A stretch of DNA of 64,000 nt. It comes from an uncultured candidate division WWE3 bacterium. Lineage in GTDB: Bacteria > Patescibacteriota > WWE3 > UBA101185 > UBA10185. Shown piece after piece: positions 1-11,566 of the stretch. How positions within the stretch are numbered: position 1 is the stretch's first letter; each line of letters starts with the position of its first letter. The stretch is from assembly GCA_903879985.1 (NCBI GenBank), contig CAIRNR010000004.1, positions 96,762 to 160,761 of the forward strand, given 5' to 3'. Position numbers and translations under genes: made by a program. The notes beneath the pieces were generated by a model. The model had not been told where the DNA came from, did not search any database, and was given only the letters and a program-made list of their open reading frames with translations.

Positions 1-49
1 GTGCTGATTCTGTTTTCATGTTTTGATTATACAGTAACTGCCTTGTAGC

Positions 50-808
50 TTAATTCTCAAAGTATTTTTTAGTTATGGCAATAACAATACCGTATCGATT
101 TTCATTTGTTATGTTTTTAAGCAACTCCGGTAGACTGGGGAGATTTTGTTTTTCATACGTGGTTCCGGCAATACCAGAGGTTTCTCTTTGAGCATATTCG
201 ATATCTCCAAAGTCAGTAGTAGATTTTTCTACGAATTCTATTTGTATTGTTTGGTCATTCTTTGAATATCTTGCGACTGAAGAAGGTAGATTGGAGACAT
301 CGTACACACCTGTGCCGTTTAAACGTTTTGTCCCGTAAGACTTATCGTATACGTCCGCAAGATATTGCATTGGTTGGTTGCCATCTCGATCTGTATACGT
401 AGCTGTCCAACCTAGCTTATTTATATCTTTTTCAAAATTAAGTATTGTTTGTTTAAAATCGCCGTTGAAACCATAATAACTAGTGATTTTATAAGCACAT
501 TGACTTGCATAACCATCAGTTCTTTTCCAATTGCTTTCTCCACGATGACAGCGATCGTAAAAAGATGTTGTATATTCTTTAAGATATCCTAGTTTATTTA
601 TTTCACTAAAACTGTTGTTTATATCAGTAACTGTAGTGTTACGAGCAATTACAACTTTGCTGTTATTAGGATCTACGTTTGGTTTCATATTTCTCCATAG
701 ACCGTCGGCACCTCCATTTATGGCGAGAATTATAAGAACAACAGCACAAAAAGCTGCTACTGTAAGTATGCCTCCTAAAATAATAAGTATGTTAATAAAT
801 TTGTTCAT
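50..808 (-). CDS. Hypothetical protein with an N-terminal membrane anchor
   Basis: 252-aa ORF; hydrophobic N-terminal helix, then a soluble domain with one Cys pair. Confidence 0.7.
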   Translation of the reverse strand: MNKFINILIILGGILTVAAFCAVVLIILAINGGADGLWRNMKPNVDPNNSKVVIARNTTVTDINNSFSEINKLGYLKEYTTSFYDRCHRGESNWKRTDGYASQCAYKITSYYGFNGDFKQTILNFEKDINKLGWTATYTDRDGNQPMQYLADVYDKSYGTKRLNGTGVYDVSNLPSSVARYSKNDQTIQIEFVEKSTTDFGDIEYAQRETSGIAGTTYEKQNLPSLPELLKNITNENRYGIVIAITKKYFEN

Positions 809-817
809 ATATAATCT

Positions 818-2146
818 TTAAAGGTGATAAACCTGTGACCAAGCGCCTACTTTGCAGTCGTTAATCGTTCTCATTTTCCAATATCCTCCAAACCAACCTG
901 CTGGTGTGCCTACTCCAACGTTTTCATGTCCATCGTTTGCCATAATTAAATGGAAAGGCAAAATTATCGGTGCATATCCAAACTGAATTTCAATTTTATT
1001 GCCGCCTACCGCAGACCATGTTATAGCCTGCGTGCTAGGATTAAAAGAAGACCATGTTGGCAGTGGGGGTTTTACCGCTAAGCAACGTGTATCCTTTTTA
1101 AATGTTTTATGGGCTGCGCTGCTAGATTGCGGAGTATTAGTATCGTGAAGAATATCGCCAATATCAATCTGACTTAAGTAACCATCACCAAAGCCATCAT
1201 CAGTAATACCTCCTATTACATATATCGAATAGTCGTCTATTACATTTGTTGCAAAAGCCTCGGCCACTGGAAGCTTATTGCTACTGGTTGTCCAAGAGAC
1301 ATCTCCATCGCTTATTGTTCCGATATACACCCGATCGTTACGATCAAGATCCGTCCAACCTCCCATAGCGTATATGGTGCTTCCTTTTATTACGGCTGTT
1401 TCGCAGGAGACACCGTCTGGAAGATCGTTGTTGCTTGTGGTCCAAGTGACATCTCCGTTGCTTACAGTGCCGATATATATTTTATTACTGTGGTGACTAC
1501 CCGTTTCTCCGCCTATTAAATAAATTGTGTTACTGTCTAGAACACTAGCTGGATAAGCTAACGGTACCGGGAGATCCTGCGCACTTGTGGTCCATGTGAT
1601 ATCTCCATTATTTATAGTACCTAAATATACCTTTGCACTGTTACCCACACTATCGTTGCCGCCTATAAGGTATATAGTATTACCGTCTATTATGCTGGTT
1701 GCATTCGCCAGTACTACGGGAAGATTATTACTGCTTGTTGTCCAGGTTACGTCGCCATTGCTTATCGTGCCTATATAAACTTTGTTGAGAAATCCGTCTT
1801 CATTTAATCCACCTAAAAGATAGATTTTATTACCGTCTATTACACTTGTTGGAAAAGCTAAAACTGAAGGAGTAGTATGCGCACTAGTAGTCCATGTTAC
1901 GTCACCGTTGTTTATGGTTCCAATATATACAGCATCCGTGTAACTATCACCTATATAACCACCCATAAGATAAATATTATTTCCATATTTAACGCTTGTT
2001 GAATTGGATATCGATATTGGAAGAGTATTGGTGCTGGTAAACCATTGCACATCAGGGCTTTCGGCAAAGCAAGTGTGTGTAGCAAAAGTTAGAACAGAAA
2101 ATATAATTAGTAATGCGGGTATTAGACTAGCAGGTTTTTTAAGCAT
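818..2146 (-). CDS. Secreted Kelch-repeat beta-propeller protein with C-terminal FN3-like 'TFKKDTRCL' domain
   Basis: Signal peptide; about 6 repeats of ~50 aa (IYLxGG...VYIGTIxNGDVTWTTS...LP); C-terminus shared with ORFs at 24073 and 25701. Confidence 0.85.
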   Translation of the reverse strand: MLKKPASLIPALLIIFSVLTFATHTCFAESPDVQWFTSTNTLPISISNSTSVKYGNNIYLMGGYIGDSYTDAVYIGTINNGDVTWTTSAHTTPSVLAFPTSVIDGNKIYLLGGLNEDGFLNKVYIGTISNGDVTWTTSSNNLPVVLANATSIIDGNTIYLIGGNDSVGNSAKVYLGTINNGDITWTTSAQDLPVPLAYPASVLDSNTIYLIGGETGSHHSNKIYIGTVSNGDVTWTTSNNDLPDGVSCETAVIKGSTIYAMGGWTDLDRNDRVYIGTISDGDVSWTTSSNKLPVAEAFATNVIDDYSIYVIGGITDDGFGDGYLSQIDIGDILHDTNTPQSSSAAHKTFKKDTRCLAVKPPLPTWSSFNPSTQAITWSAVGGNKIEIQFGYAPIILPFHLIMANDGHENVGVGTPAGWFGGYWKMRTINDCKVGAWSQVYHL

Positions 2147-2252
2147 ACTCTATGTTTAATGTTAGTTATGTGGGGTGGTTAAGTCAATAAGGTTTTGGTT
2201 GTTTTGTGTAGCCAGCTAACACCTTGGGGTGATTATAGTATATATTATTTAT

Positions 2253-2912
2253 ATGGCAGAGTTCATGAAAATATTAGACTTTAATAATGTAAACGAAAAT
2301 GGTGGCATCGAGGATTTTCGTTCATATATTGGTCATCAAGAATCATTAGGAAAAATAGAATTGGGATTTGAGAGAAAAGAAGGCAGAGGCAAGGAATTTG
2401 TAAGAGTTACGCTCCAAAATGGAGAGGAGGCTCGTGATGTTGGTACATATTTTGCAAAACAATTCGTCCGTAAGGAAGATGCTTTAAAAGAAATAAAAAA
2501 ATGCTGGTACTTTGAGAAGTACGGTATTCCTGTACCAACAACGCATAGGTATGTTGAACAAGATGGTAAACACTATGTTGTTTATACAGACCTCACGGAT
2601 GGTGGAAAAAATGAAGTATGGTCAGGAAATAACCTTACCGAAGAAAAAAAACGCCCTAATTTAACAGAGGAACAATTTGAGGAAGTCGCGTATCAAATAA
2701 GAGATATTTCCGAAACGGCAGCTTCTAGAGACTTCCTTATAAATGGAGACGCCTATTTTATTGTTAAAAAACCTGATGGCTTAGTGAATGTAGTAGTGGG
2801 AGATCTTGGTTATGGTGTTTCCGAATATCCTGTTAGTTCAGAAATGTACGATGCTAAAAAAAATAATATGGAAGAAGCTGAATGGATAATTACGTGTATT
2901 AAAGGTGATTAA
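2253..2912 (+). CDS. Hypothetical protein, possible protein-kinase-like fold
   Basis: FAKQF, GIPVP, LINGD and VGDLG motifs in kinase-like order; start moved to the ATG at 2253. Confidence 0.55.
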   Translation: MAEFMKILDFNNVNENGGIEDFRSYIGHQESLGKIELGFERKEGRGKEFVRVTLQNGEEARDVGTYFAKQFVRKEDALKEIKKCWYFEKYGIPVPTTHRYVEQDGKHYVVYTDLTDGGKNEVWSGNNLTEEKKRPNLTEEQFEEVAYQIRDISETAASRDFLINGDAYFIVKKPDGLVNVVVGDLGYGVSEYPVSSEMYDAKKNNMEEAEWIITCIKGD

Positions 2913-2998
2913 GGTTGTTATCTGTACGTATTGGAAAGAAGCCGACCCGATTGTTGATGTAGCAACCAAGAACACTGACGTGTTACGATGCTACTTGT

Positions 2999-3274
2999 CT
3001 ACAGTCTACATCTTACTGTAAGCACTTTTTCTGCCCAACGAAGTCTTGTAAAGGGGTCTGAAATATTAGGTAAGCTTATACTTAAGTCTTTGAGTTGTTC
3101 TTTCAAAGCTAACTCGCTATCTGTCAATGTTGTTTTATCAAAATCTTTTATAGCGTGGGTAAGGAATTCACTTACAGAATCAGTGGGAAGTTGCTTATGC
3201 AAGTTTCCTGCAGCAGTTACTACCCTAAATAAGTCCATTTTTATCGAATTTAATATAAATTGTTTATCTCTCAT
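2999..3274 (-). CDS. Small helical hypothetical protein
   Basis: 91-aa ORF overlapping the stop of the upstream DUF5674-like ORF by 4 nt. Confidence 0.65.
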   Translation of the reverse strand: MRDKQFILNSIKMDLFRVVTAAGNLHKQLPTDSVSEFLTHAIKDFDKTTLTDSELALKEQLKDLSISLPNISDPFTRLRWAEKVLTVRCRL

Positions 3275-3510
3275 AATTCAAGGAAACGTTTAGTTAAACC
3301 TTCTAATTTATTCCTAACTTCAGCATCCATAATCTCATAAGTATTTTTGCCTAACGCAGGTTTATAGTTACTCATTGCCATATACTCTACTTCCTTTGTA
3401 CTAACTCTATATCCCCCACCATAAAGGTCTTCCTGTCTACTGCCACCTTGCACTAAGACTTCTTCGCAGTCAATATGGTATTCACCTCCCACAGCTAATA
3501 TTTCATTTTT
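3271..3510 (-). pseudogene. 5'-truncated DUF5674-family gene
   Basis: ILAVGGEYHIDCEEVL..GS.QEDLYGG matches DUF5674 as I recall it; the frame runs into the upstream gene and meets TAG with no suitable start. Confidence 0.55.
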
Positions 3511-3523
3511 ATGAAAATTAATT

Positions 3524-3916
3524 TTACTGGCTGGATGTGGAAGTTGGGTTGGCTAATTTAACAGGTTTCTGATCGTTTGGAAGTGATGGCCAGCGAATTG
3601 TTAAAAACAGACAATCTTCCTCAACCGTCCAGGAATGCGCAGTGCCCGAAGGATAAAAAGCATAATCACCTTCTTTTTCTAATGTGATTTTTTGATCGCC
3701 AAATATAAAAGTAAATTTTCCCTTAATTAATATGCCTAAAGAATGTGCTTCACTATTTTGAGCTACGACTTCCTTGTTTTCGCCCTTTTTGTGTACTCCC
3801 CACTTAATTTCAACATTACCTGTTTTAAAAGGTGAAGTATCTTCCATGAAATGACCCATAATCCATCCACGATGTGAAGGCGATTCTGTATTAAAGTTTC
3901 CTGTGGTTATATTCAT
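3524..3916 (-). CDS. Cupin-fold protein
   Basis: RGWIMGHF, EIKWGVH, GDY..Y..G..HSW, LTIRWPS. Confidence 0.75.
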   Translation of the reverse strand: MNITTGNFNTESPSHRGWIMGHFMEDTSPFKTGNVEIKWGVHKKGENKEVVAQNSEAHSLGILIKGKFTFIFGDQKITLEKEGDYAFYPSGTAHSWTVEEDCLFLTIRWPSLPNDQKPVKLANPTSTSSQ

Positions 3917-4010
3917 GAATATATTATAGCGCGGATATAGTATTTTTAAATGTTTGGCTGGAGTTGGTGTTTTTTGTTTGAAATTTAGCCAGTTTATGTC
4001 AAACTTAGTT

Positions 4011-4463
4011 ATGAACTATTTTCGAAAACTATTTGAAGCAGCATCAAAAGAAGAACCAGTAGAGCAACCAGCAGTATCAAGAGCTGAACTATTGCAAAAT
4101 GAAATGCTTACACTTACGCTTCGACGAGAACTACCTACCCGATTTGAATATAAGACATCTGAAGGTGAACACGTGGCAGTATGGTTTGATGCCCTTGGTA
4201 AGCAAACGGATGAGTTTAATCACGATAACTTCGATAAATTTTTAGATATTGGAAAATTCCATTTAATCCAGGAAAAGGATGATCATGATATGCAGGTTCT
4301 TATAAAATCTATGAGTCAACTGTTTGCTCGCGATTTAGGAACATGTGTAAAGATTAATGATCAATGGTTTGATGCAGAAGGTGCTATGGTAGATGCGGAG
4401 GACGCCGCTAGATTTGAGACAATGTTGAATGAACTTCCCCTAAGAAAATTGACAGTGGATTAA
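4011..4463 (+). CDS. Hypothetical protein
   Basis: Open frame with no recognisable motif; start uncertain. Confidence 0.6.
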   Translation: MNYFRKLFEAASKEEPVEQPAVSRAELLQNEMLTLTLRRELPTRFEYKTSEGEHVAVWFDALGKQTDEFNHDNFDKFLDIGKFHLIQEKDDHDMQVLIKSMSQLFARDLGTCVKINDQWFDAEGAMVDAEDAARFETMLNELPLRKLTVD

Positions 4464-4472
4464 GTAAAGTTT

Positions 4473-4546
4473 TGGCTGGGGGACAGGGATTCGAACCCCA
4501 ATAGTCGGGACCAAAACCCGAAGTCCTACCATTAGACGATCCCCCA
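4473..4546 (-). tRNA. tRNA-Gln(TTG)
   Basis: TGGGGGA/TCCCCCA acceptor, TCGGG-TTTTGGT-CCCGA anticodon arm, GGTTCGAATCC, encoded CCA. Confidence 0.95.
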
Positions 4547-4629
4547 TAAGTAAACACTCACAAAACTAACTCGGCAATTATATCACCGAAATACGCATAT
4601 AGCGCAAGCAAATCAGCAGCGTTTAAAAG

Positions 4630-5124
4630 TTACTTCACCACCGCCAACTCACTCATATCAAACGCTCTTTCATCAATCAAATTCCCAAACTCATCCAAAA
4701 CCCTCAATTTATAAAACTGAGGTCGCAGATTCACAACACTTCCATTAATCTCGTATAAAACATCCACTTTTTCATTAACATCACTGGCGTCGCCACTCAA
4801 AGTTATGTTTAAATCCTGGGCAAAATTAACAAATGGCCAGCTAGTTTTAAAGCTCACACTTGGGTTTAAAGTAGCCTTTTGGATCTTTCCTTGCTTTTCT
4901 GTAAGTCTCAGCATAAAGTCCACGCCGTACAACTTGTCCTTTGCTACCACATCGCTATTATCTTTAATAATCAATGGTGCTTCAGGTGCGGTTCCAGCCG
5001 TTAAGTTAGTTATAGTGTACTTAAGCTTTGGTGATGCATTTAAAAATAACAAATATATTCCAACTCCTAAAGCAAAAGCTCCGCTGGCTAACATTAATAT
5101 GGTTTTACGGCTATAGAATGTCAT
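4630..5124 (-). CDS. Membrane-anchored hypothetical protein
   Basis: N-terminal TM helix and beta-rich remainder. Confidence 0.65.
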   Translation of the reverse strand: MTFYSRKTILMLASGAFALGVGIYLLFLNASPKLKYTITNLTAGTAPEAPLIIKDNSDVVAKDKLYGVDFMLRLTEKQGKIQKATLNPSVSFKTSWPFVNFAQDLNITLSGDASDVNEKVDVLYEINGSVVNLRPQFYKLRVLDEFGNLIDERAFDMSELAVVK

Positions 5125-5158
5125 GCCACAATATTACCATTTTTGTTATAATTCATAA

Positions 5159-5866
5159 ATGATGCCTCAAATGTTTAAGGCTACCTTGAAGCAAAAAACG
5201 ACTTTATCTCCCAAAGCAACTGGACTGACCCTACAGTTAATTGAACCTACTAAAATTGAATTCAATCCCGGACAGTTTGTTAACTTAAAAGTTGCCGACG
5301 CTGTTTATAGGGCTTATTCAATTGCATCTCCGTGTGCACAACAAGATAAAATTTTCTTAATCGTTACAACAAGTCACGAAGGTGTCGGTTCTGAATATGT
5401 GCGAAATCTTCATATTGGCGACGAAGTTACGTTTATTGGGCCATCAGGAAAGTTGCATTTAAAAGAAAAACATTCTAAAGCTATTTATTTTTTCGCAACC
5501 GGTTCTGGTATAGCTCCATTTATTTCAATGCTTGAACAATTAGCATGTGATAATTATTCTGGAAAGATTCATTTGTTTTTTGGTGTTCGTCATCCAGAAG
5601 AAGTTTTATGTTTAGATGAATTAACAGGTTTAAAAAAACGTCTAAAGGATTTTACGATAGACTTTTATGTTTCTAATCCTCAAGATGATTTTATGGGTGT
5701 AAAAGGCAGGGTTACTGCGGCTATTCCAAATATTACCGATTTTAATGCGGACTTTTATTTATGTGGGCATCCTCAAATGGTCGAAGATGTTAACACTGCT
5801 TTAAAAGCTAAAGGTGTCCCCGACGAAAATATTATTTGCGAGGGTTTTACTAAGACCTTGAAGTAA
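5159..5866 (+). CDS. FAD/NAD(P)-binding oxidoreductase, ferredoxin reductase family
   Basis: [38 protein letters not shown] motifs. Confidence 0.9.
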   Translation: MMPQMFKATLKQKTTLSPKATGLTLQLIEPTKIEFNPGQFVNLKVADAVYRAYSIASPCAQQDKIFLIVTTSHEGVGSEYVRNLHIGDEVTFIGPSGKLHLKEKHSKAIYFFATGSGIAPFISMLEQLACDNYSGKIHLFFGVRHPEEVLCLDELTGLKKRLKDFTIDFYVSNPQDDFMGVKGRVTAAIPNITDFNADFYLCGHPQMVEDVNTALKAKGVPDENIICEGFTKTLK

Positions 5867-8219
5867 ACTTCAACCTCAAGCTATTACTCACAACCGAAAC
5901 AGAACTTGCTGCCATAGCCATGCTTGCGATTATTGGTGACAACAATATGCCAAAGAATGGAAACAATATTCCGGCGGCTACTGGGATTCCGATGATGTTG
6001 TATCCAAATGCCCAGAAAAGATTTTGATTAATAATGCGTAGTGTTTTTCGTGAAAACTCCAGAGTATCTACAACTTTGTTTAAGTCACCGTTGATTATTA
6101 CAATATCGCCTGTTTCAATGGCTACGTCTGTTCCTGTTCCCATGGCGATACCGACATTGGCTTGAGCAAGCGCTGGTGCGTCGTTTATTCCGTCACCGAC
6201 CATTGCCACTACATAATTTTTATTTTCATATTGAAGTTGCTTAACTTTTTCAGCTTTCATTTGTGGTAGAACATCCGCAATAACTTTATCGATGCCAAGT
6301 TCTTTTGCAACGGCATTAACTGATATAGCATTATCCCCAGAAAGTATTCCGGTTAGTATTCCAAGCTTTTTAAGTTTGTTAATGGCTTCGCGTGAGCTTG
6401 GTTTTATTGTGTCCGAAATTCCAATAATTGCTGCTGCTTTATTTCCAACCGCAACTAACGAAACTGTTTGACCTTGTGCTCTAAGTTCGTCTGCTTTTTG
6501 GGATAGCTCTTGTGATACTTCTACATTTTTATTTTTTAATAAGCTGGCTGTGCCAATTAAAATATTATTGTTTTGAATGGTTGCTTGTACGCCTTGACCG
6601 GATATATCTTCAAACTTTTCTGGTTCTATACCGGTTGCCGACACATTTAAATAATTAACAACGGCTATAGCCAACGGGTGATGCGATTTCTTTTCAACAC
6701 TAAGCACAAAATTATTTACTTCAGCTTTTTCAAATCCATCAAAAACTTCAAACGTTTTTACTTGAGGTTTGCCAACGGTAAGTGTTCCTGTTTTATCAAA
6801 GAGAACAAAGTTTATTTTTCTGGCAGTTTCAAGAGCTTCGGCGTCTTTAATTAATATACCGTTTCGTGCAGCCAAACCTGTTCCAACCATAACTGCTGTT
6901 GGTGTTGCTAAGCCAAGTGCGCAAGGGCAAGCTATTATTAAAATAGTTGTAGCTATATAAACAGCTAACTGAATTGGACTTTGTCCTGCTAAGATTCCTA
7001 ATTGAGGTGCCACAAAAAACCAGAACAAAAAAGCAAGTGCTGAAATTCCAATCACAATAGGAACGAATACTGCAGAAACGCTGTCTGCGATTTTTTGGAT
7101 TGGTGCTTGTGTTGCCTGTGCGTCTTGAACCATTTTAACGATTTGGGCGAGTAAAGTTTTATCTCCAACTTTTGTGGCTTTAAACATAAACGTTCCAGAT
7201 GTGTTGATTGTTCCCCCAACCACGCTATCGCCAGCTTTTTTTTCGTTAGCAATCGGCTCACCTGTAACCATTGACTCATCTACAAAAGAATTTCCGCTCT
7301 CTACAATGCCGTCTACGGGGATTTTCTCGCCTGGTTTGATGATTATTACGTCCCCAACTAAAACTTGGGATATTGGTACAACAACCTCTGCGCTATTTCT
7401 AATTACTGTGGCATCTTTTGCTTGTAATTTTAGTAACGCTTTAATTGCGTCTCCGGTTTGTCCTTTTGAACGAGCCTCGAGTAATCGTCCAAGTAAGATA
7501 AAAAAAATGATAAAAACGCTGGCTTCAAAATATACTTGGGATTCTCCTGCTATACCTTTGAATAATGCCGGAAAAAATGTAACAACTGAGGAAAAAAGCC
7601 ATGCCGAAAAAGTTCCCAACGAAATAAGTGTATCCATATTTGAAGCGCCTACTTTTATAGCGGTTATTGCGGACTTAAAAATGTTTTTACCACCGATAAA
7701 TAACACGGGTGTTGCAAGTAAGAACTGAAGTATGTTTAGAATAGAAATTCTAAGTGGTATAACCGCGCATTCTTCAATACATGCGGGTTGAGGTAAGTTT
7801 ATGTAGCCAACTAAATCAGCTAACATCGGTAAACCAAGTTTCTCACCAAATGCCATCCAAAACATAATTAGTAAAAATGGAAAAAGTGCTATGCCTACAA
7901 AAGTTAATGTTTTTTTAAGGTTTTCGTATTCTTCCTTTTTCATCATTTCTGCGTGATTGTGCATATGTCCGTGACCGTCGTCGTGCATTTCCATATTTTT
8001 GTTATCTAAAAGTTTGTAATCCCCTACCCTTTCCACAGCTTTTTTTAAGTCTTCAAATGAAACTTTGTCTTTGTCATACTCAACCGCCATAGTTTCTCCG
8101 GCAAAGTTTACATATACTTTTGAAACTTCTGGAATTTTACAAACCGATCCTTCAATTAAAGCTTTACATGATGCGCAATGAGTTCCTATAACGGAAAATG
8201 TTTCTTTTACAATGCTCAT
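5850..8219 (-). CDS. copA: Copper-translocating P1B-type ATPase
   Basis: HCASC HMA domain, CPC, DKTGT, TGE, HP, GDGIND, YN and MxxSS motifs. Confidence 0.93.
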   Translation of the reverse strand: MSIVKETFSVIGTHCASCKALIEGSVCKIPEVSKVYVNFAGETMAVEYDKDKVSFEDLKKAVERVGDYKLLDNKNMEMHDDGHGHMHNHAEMMKKEEYENLKKTLTFVGIALFPFLLIMFWMAFGEKLGLPMLADLVGYINLPQPACIEECAVIPLRISILNILQFLLATPVLFIGGKNIFKSAITAIKVGASNMDTLISLGTFSAWLFSSVVTFFPALFKGIAGESQVYFEASVFIIFFILLGRLLEARSKGQTGDAIKALLKLQAKDATVIRNSAEVVVPISQVLVGDVIIIKPGEKIPVDGIVESGNSFVDESMVTGEPIANEKKAGDSVVGGTINTSGTFMFKATKVGDKTLLAQIVKMVQDAQATQAPIQKIADSVSAVFVPIVIGISALAFLFWFFVAPQLGILAGQSPIQLAVYIATTILIIACPCALGLATPTAVMVGTGLAARNGILIKDAEALETARKINFVLFDKTGTLTVGKPQVKTFEVFDGFEKAEVNNFVLSVEKKSHHPLAIAVVNYLNVSATGIEPEKFEDISGQGVQATIQNNNILIGTASLLKNKNVEVSQELSQKADELRAQGQTVSLVAVGNKAAAIIGISDTIKPSSREAINKLKKLGILTGILSGDNAISVNAVAKELGIDKVIADVLPQMKAEKVKQLQYENKNYVVAMVGDGINDAPALAQANVGIAMGTGTDVAIETGDIVIINGDLNKVVDTLEFSRKTLRIINQNLFWAFGYNIIGIPVAAGILFPFFGILLSPIIASMAMAASSVSVVSNSLRLKFTSRS

Positions 8220-9541
8220 TAATTTACCTCCACTGTAACAGGAGGAACCATTCCCATGATACAAGTAATCTTAAAGGTTCCTTTTTTCTGTGGAGTGAAT
8301 TCGAATACATTTAATCCTTGATGCAAAGTAACTGAACCATCAAATAGTCCTCGACCTACTACTGTTGTTCCACAGCCGGTCATTCCATTGTTAGTAAAGT
8401 TCCATGTTACTGGAACACCTTGCTTTAATTGTACATTGTTTGGTGTGTATTCAAATCCACTTGCTTCCATAGTTAGTATCTGATTTGTTTTTATTATTGT
8501 GCTTTCTACTTGTTTCGTTTTGCTCATACTAGACTTTAGGTTGCTCAGGCTGGTAAATCCTAAAACATTAAATTGAGAGTTAATGTTAATAATTGCAAAA
8601 AATATGACCAGTATTCCGGCGGTATAGCTGAATACTTTTGAAAATGTGTGGTTTGCATAAAGTTTAACACTTGAAAAACTAATAAGGGCTAACATTGGTA
8701 AGGTACCAAGCGCGAAGCTTAATAACATGAGTGAGCTTGTCTTAAAGTCTCCAGTTGATAGTGCCAAGGTTTGTACAAGAATGGTAAAGCCGCATGGTAC
8801 AAAAAAGGTTAATGCTCCAACCAAAAATGGAAAATATTTTCCAGAAAAGTTGTTTTCTTTTGTTAAAAACTTTGGAGCTTGAATCTTTATTTTCTGTGCC
8901 CAAGATATATCGAGCATTTGTATTCCAAGCAAAAGCATTATTACAGAAACTATTATTGTGAAAACTGCAGTTGATTCTGCCGATAACTTAAACACGCTAC
9001 CGACTGTTCCTAACATTCCGCCAAGTACGGCAAAAGAAGCAAGTCTTCCGGTGTTAAACATTATAAAAGGTACGGCTTTATTACTTGTTTTATTGTTTTC
9101 GGTCCAAGTTTTAGAAAGAGACAACAGTATGCCTCCGGTTAGCGCCGCGCACGATGAAAGTCCCGCTGCAATTCCAAAAAAGAAGAATGCTGGTAGTGAT
9201 GATGTAGAACTTATTTGAAATTTACTTAATATTCCTATTTTTTCGTTAAGTATAAAAATTGCTGAAATTCCGGCCACAATAAATAGTGCTTTTCTAAATT
9301 CCGCAAATTTATTTTGTTGATGTGGAGTTGATGAAAATGTATAACCAAGGTCTTTAAATTCTGAGTTTAATTTTTCTATTGTTGGGATGTCTTTGGTGTT
9401 CTCGGCGAGGATCTCCACTTGTTTGGTAGATAAATGAGCTTTAACTTGCGATATTCCTTCATGTTTTCCAAGATTTCTTTCTATAAGATTTTCACAAGCT
9501 TTACAATGCATGCCTTTAACGTACAAAGTTGTATTTTCCAT
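8219..9541 (-). CDS. HMA + DsbD_2/TauE-like membrane + cupredoxin fusion protein
   Basis: MHCKAC, SSC, PCG membrane motifs and C-terminal C-x-MGM. Confidence 0.85.
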   Translation of the reverse strand: MENTTLYVKGMHCKACENLIERNLGKHEGISQVKAHLSTKQVEILAENTKDIPTIEKLNSEFKDLGYTFSSTPHQQNKFAEFRKALFIVAGISAIFILNEKIGILSKFQISSTSSLPAFFFFGIAAGLSSCAALTGGILLSLSKTWTENNKTSNKAVPFIMFNTGRLASFAVLGGMLGTVGSVFKLSAESTAVFTIIVSVIMLLLGIQMLDISWAQKIKIQAPKFLTKENNFSGKYFPFLVGALTFFVPCGFTILVQTLALSTGDFKTSSLMLLSFALGTLPMLALISFSSVKLYANHTFSKVFSYTAGILVIFFAIININSQFNVLGFTSLSNLKSSMSKTKQVESTIIKTNQILTMEASGFEYTPNNVQLKQGVPVTWNFTNNGMTGCGTTVVGRGLFDGSVTLHQGLNVFEFTPQKKGTFKITCIMGMVPPVTVEVN

Positions 9542-9560
9542 TTAGTTAAACCTCCTGTAA

Positions 9561-9827
9561 TTATTTATACTTATAAATTCCCATTAATTCTTTTACTAAC
9601 TTTTCTTTTTCACCATTTTGAGCTTGCTCTATTACGCAAGTTCCCAGGTGTTCTTCCATGATTTCAAGATCAAGATTTTTTAGAGCTTTTTGGACAGCTA
9701 GCGATTGCATGAGGATGTTAACGCAGTAGGTATCGTTGTCTATCATTTTTTCGATAGCACCAAGATGTCCTTTTATGATTTTTATTCTGTGAAGTATCTT
9801 TTGTTTTTTGCAGGTTTCGTGGTTCAT
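9561..9827 (-). CDS. csoR: Metal-sensing repressor, CsoR/RcnR family
   Basis: RIKIIKGHL, YCVNIL, HLGTC; heads the copper operon. Confidence 0.9.
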   Translation of the reverse strand: MNHETCKKQKILHRIKIIKGHLGAIEKMIDNDTYCVNILMQSLAVQKALKNLDLEIMEEHLGTCVIEQAQNGEKEKLVKELMGIYKYK

Positions 9828-9844
9828 AGGATTTCTTACATTTT

Positions 9845-9863
9845 AGTCCCCCCTATGGGGATA
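9845..9863. promoter_or_regulatory. Probable CsoR operator
   Basis: C-tract/G-tract pseudo-palindrome agtcccccctatggggata just upstream of csoR. Confidence 0.6.
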
Positions 9864-9945
9864 CATAAAAAGTTATCACATATAGATGGCCGGCGCAATA
9901 ATATGCTACAATGCTCCAAATAGACCTATAATAAAGGAGGAGAAT

Positions 9946-10167
9946 ATGGAAGGAAAAATAGTAATTCTTGAATTTATGGAATGGGTAAAGACACCTATAG
10001 GTAGTAAGGAAACTAAGAAGGTTTCAGAAATGGCCATATGTGCACGCAATTTTAACGAAGGTCAGACTGTAACTTATGGTGTCGCGGAATATGTGGTGCT
10101 TAAAGTAAACCACGATTTGAATGTGGACAAAACGTATGTCCAATTAATGCGAAAAGACTTGTTATAG
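9946..10167 (+). CDS. Small hypothetical protein
   Basis: Strong SD (aaggagg) before ATG 9946. Confidence 0.6.
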   Translation: MEGKIVILEFMEWVKTPIGSKETKKVSEMAICARNFNEGQTVTYGVAEYVVLKVNHDLNVDKTYVQLMRKDLL

Positions 10168-10176
10168 GAGCTTAAA

Positions 10177-10806
10177 GTGGCAAAGAAACAAAAATTTGAC
10201 TTCTTGTATTTTGATATTGGGAAGACGCTTTTTAATTACGATAACAGTATCGAGCGCATTTCCTCCAAACTGGGTATGGATCCCATCGTGTGCCAGAAGC
10301 TTTGGGAAATTGCTAACCCCGAAATGTATTTGGGGCATATGACCATGGCAACCTTTGAAAAATCTCTCACGGCTGTCTCCAAATACAAAGGCCCTGATTT
10401 TGACTTTATGGGACTCTGGATGGAGGGTTACACTTGTTTCCCTGGTATGTACCAGCTTCTTGTAGAGCTCACGGCGCATTATCGCATGGGCGTAATCAGC
10501 AACCTTTACGACGGGCAATTCAAAAAAGCAGAGGAAATGGATTTGCTTCCTGTAATAAATTGGGACGCACGAATTTTCTCACACGCCGCCCATATTGCCA
10601 AACCGGACACGCTTCTTTTCGAAATCGCGGAAATACGTGCACGGATCAAAACCAAAACCGATTTGTCACCAAATCGGATTTTGCTTGTGGATGACACTTT
10701 ACAAAACATTCGTGCTGCGCAAAACAGAGGATGGCAAGTTTATTTATTTAACCCTGATTATCCCGACGCCTGCGCTAGCGAGCTGAAAGAAATGCTACTT
10801 CCGTAA
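10177..10806 (+). CDS. HAD-family phosphatase
   Basis: FDIGKTL, ISN, KPD, VDDTLQN motifs. Confidence 0.85.
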   Translation: MAKKQKFDFLYFDIGKTLFNYDNSIERISSKLGMDPIVCQKLWEIANPEMYLGHMTMATFEKSLTAVSKYKGPDFDFMGLWMEGYTCFPGMYQLLVELTAHYRMGVISNLYDGQFKKAEEMDLLPVINWDARIFSHAAHIAKPDTLLFEIAEIRARIKTKTDLSPNRILLVDDTLQNIRAAQNRGWQVYLFNPDYPDACASELKEMLLP

Positions 10807-10855
10807 GTGCCAGGGTGAAAGTAAGAATACCAAAGCAGGTTATTGTTGAAAAACA

Positions 10856-11560
10856 CTAGCCTGCTATTTTTTTATTCTTTTCAATTTCTTCTTTAATCAA
10901 TGCGTCTACCAGTTCAGGATTTTTGCGCGCTTTATATTCAATAATCGTCGATGAGTGATGCGCTTTATGATAATCCCAGCCCGTCGACATTAAATATCTC
11001 TCGTGAAGTTCATGAAGTAAAACAAAATCCATTTCGCTGGCGGCTAAGTCATCATCAAGCCAAACTTCATCAAAAGGAACAAAATCGTAAACAAAATGAT
11101 GTCCACCTTCGGTGTAGTCTATAAAATATAAATCACGTACGATCTCTCCGTTAACAACAAAGACTTTAACAGCATCAAAACCTTTTAATTCTTTAACATA
11201 TAATTCTTTTTTAAATTCCTTTGGCTTTTTCTCTACCTTTTCAATTTTTTGCATAAACGCTGATCTTTTACGTTGTATAGCTTCTTTCGCGTCGGCTTTA
11301 ACTATCGCTTTTTCGTAAGGCATGCCCTGTTCCATTAGTAACCACTCTAAAAGCATGTGATCGATAAAATATGAATCTTCCGTTGGAGTTTTTTCGTAAT
11401 CTATCCAAAGTTCGTGTGTAGGAATAAACGGAAACCTAAAATGTTGGCCAAAGTTTGTAAATTCGGCGTCCATGTTGCTTCTAATATATTTGCCGTCAAC
11501 TCGCCAAACTGTGAAGCCATCTACTTCTTGAATTTTTTCTATGTAAGGTTTGTTGGGCAT
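10856..11560 (-). CDS. Protein with an internally duplicated putative metal-binding (HExxE-like) domain
   Basis: Two ~100-aa homologous halves (VDG..IR..FT/YT..G.H....FIP..E.W.D..H..E..LM..G..Y..A). Confidence 0.7.
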   Translation of the reverse strand: MPNKPYIEKIQEVDGFTVWRVDGKYIRSNMDAEFTNFGQHFRFPFIPTHELWIDYEKTPTEDSYFIDHMLLEWLLMEQGMPYEKAIVKADAKEAIQRKRSAFMQKIEKVEKKPKEFKKELYVKELKGFDAVKVFVVNGEIVRDLYFIDYTEGGHHFVYDFVPFDEVWLDDDLAASEMDFVLLHELHERYLMSTGWDYHKAHHSSTIIEYKARKNPELVDALIKEEIEKNKKIAG

Positions 11561-11566
11561 GATTAA

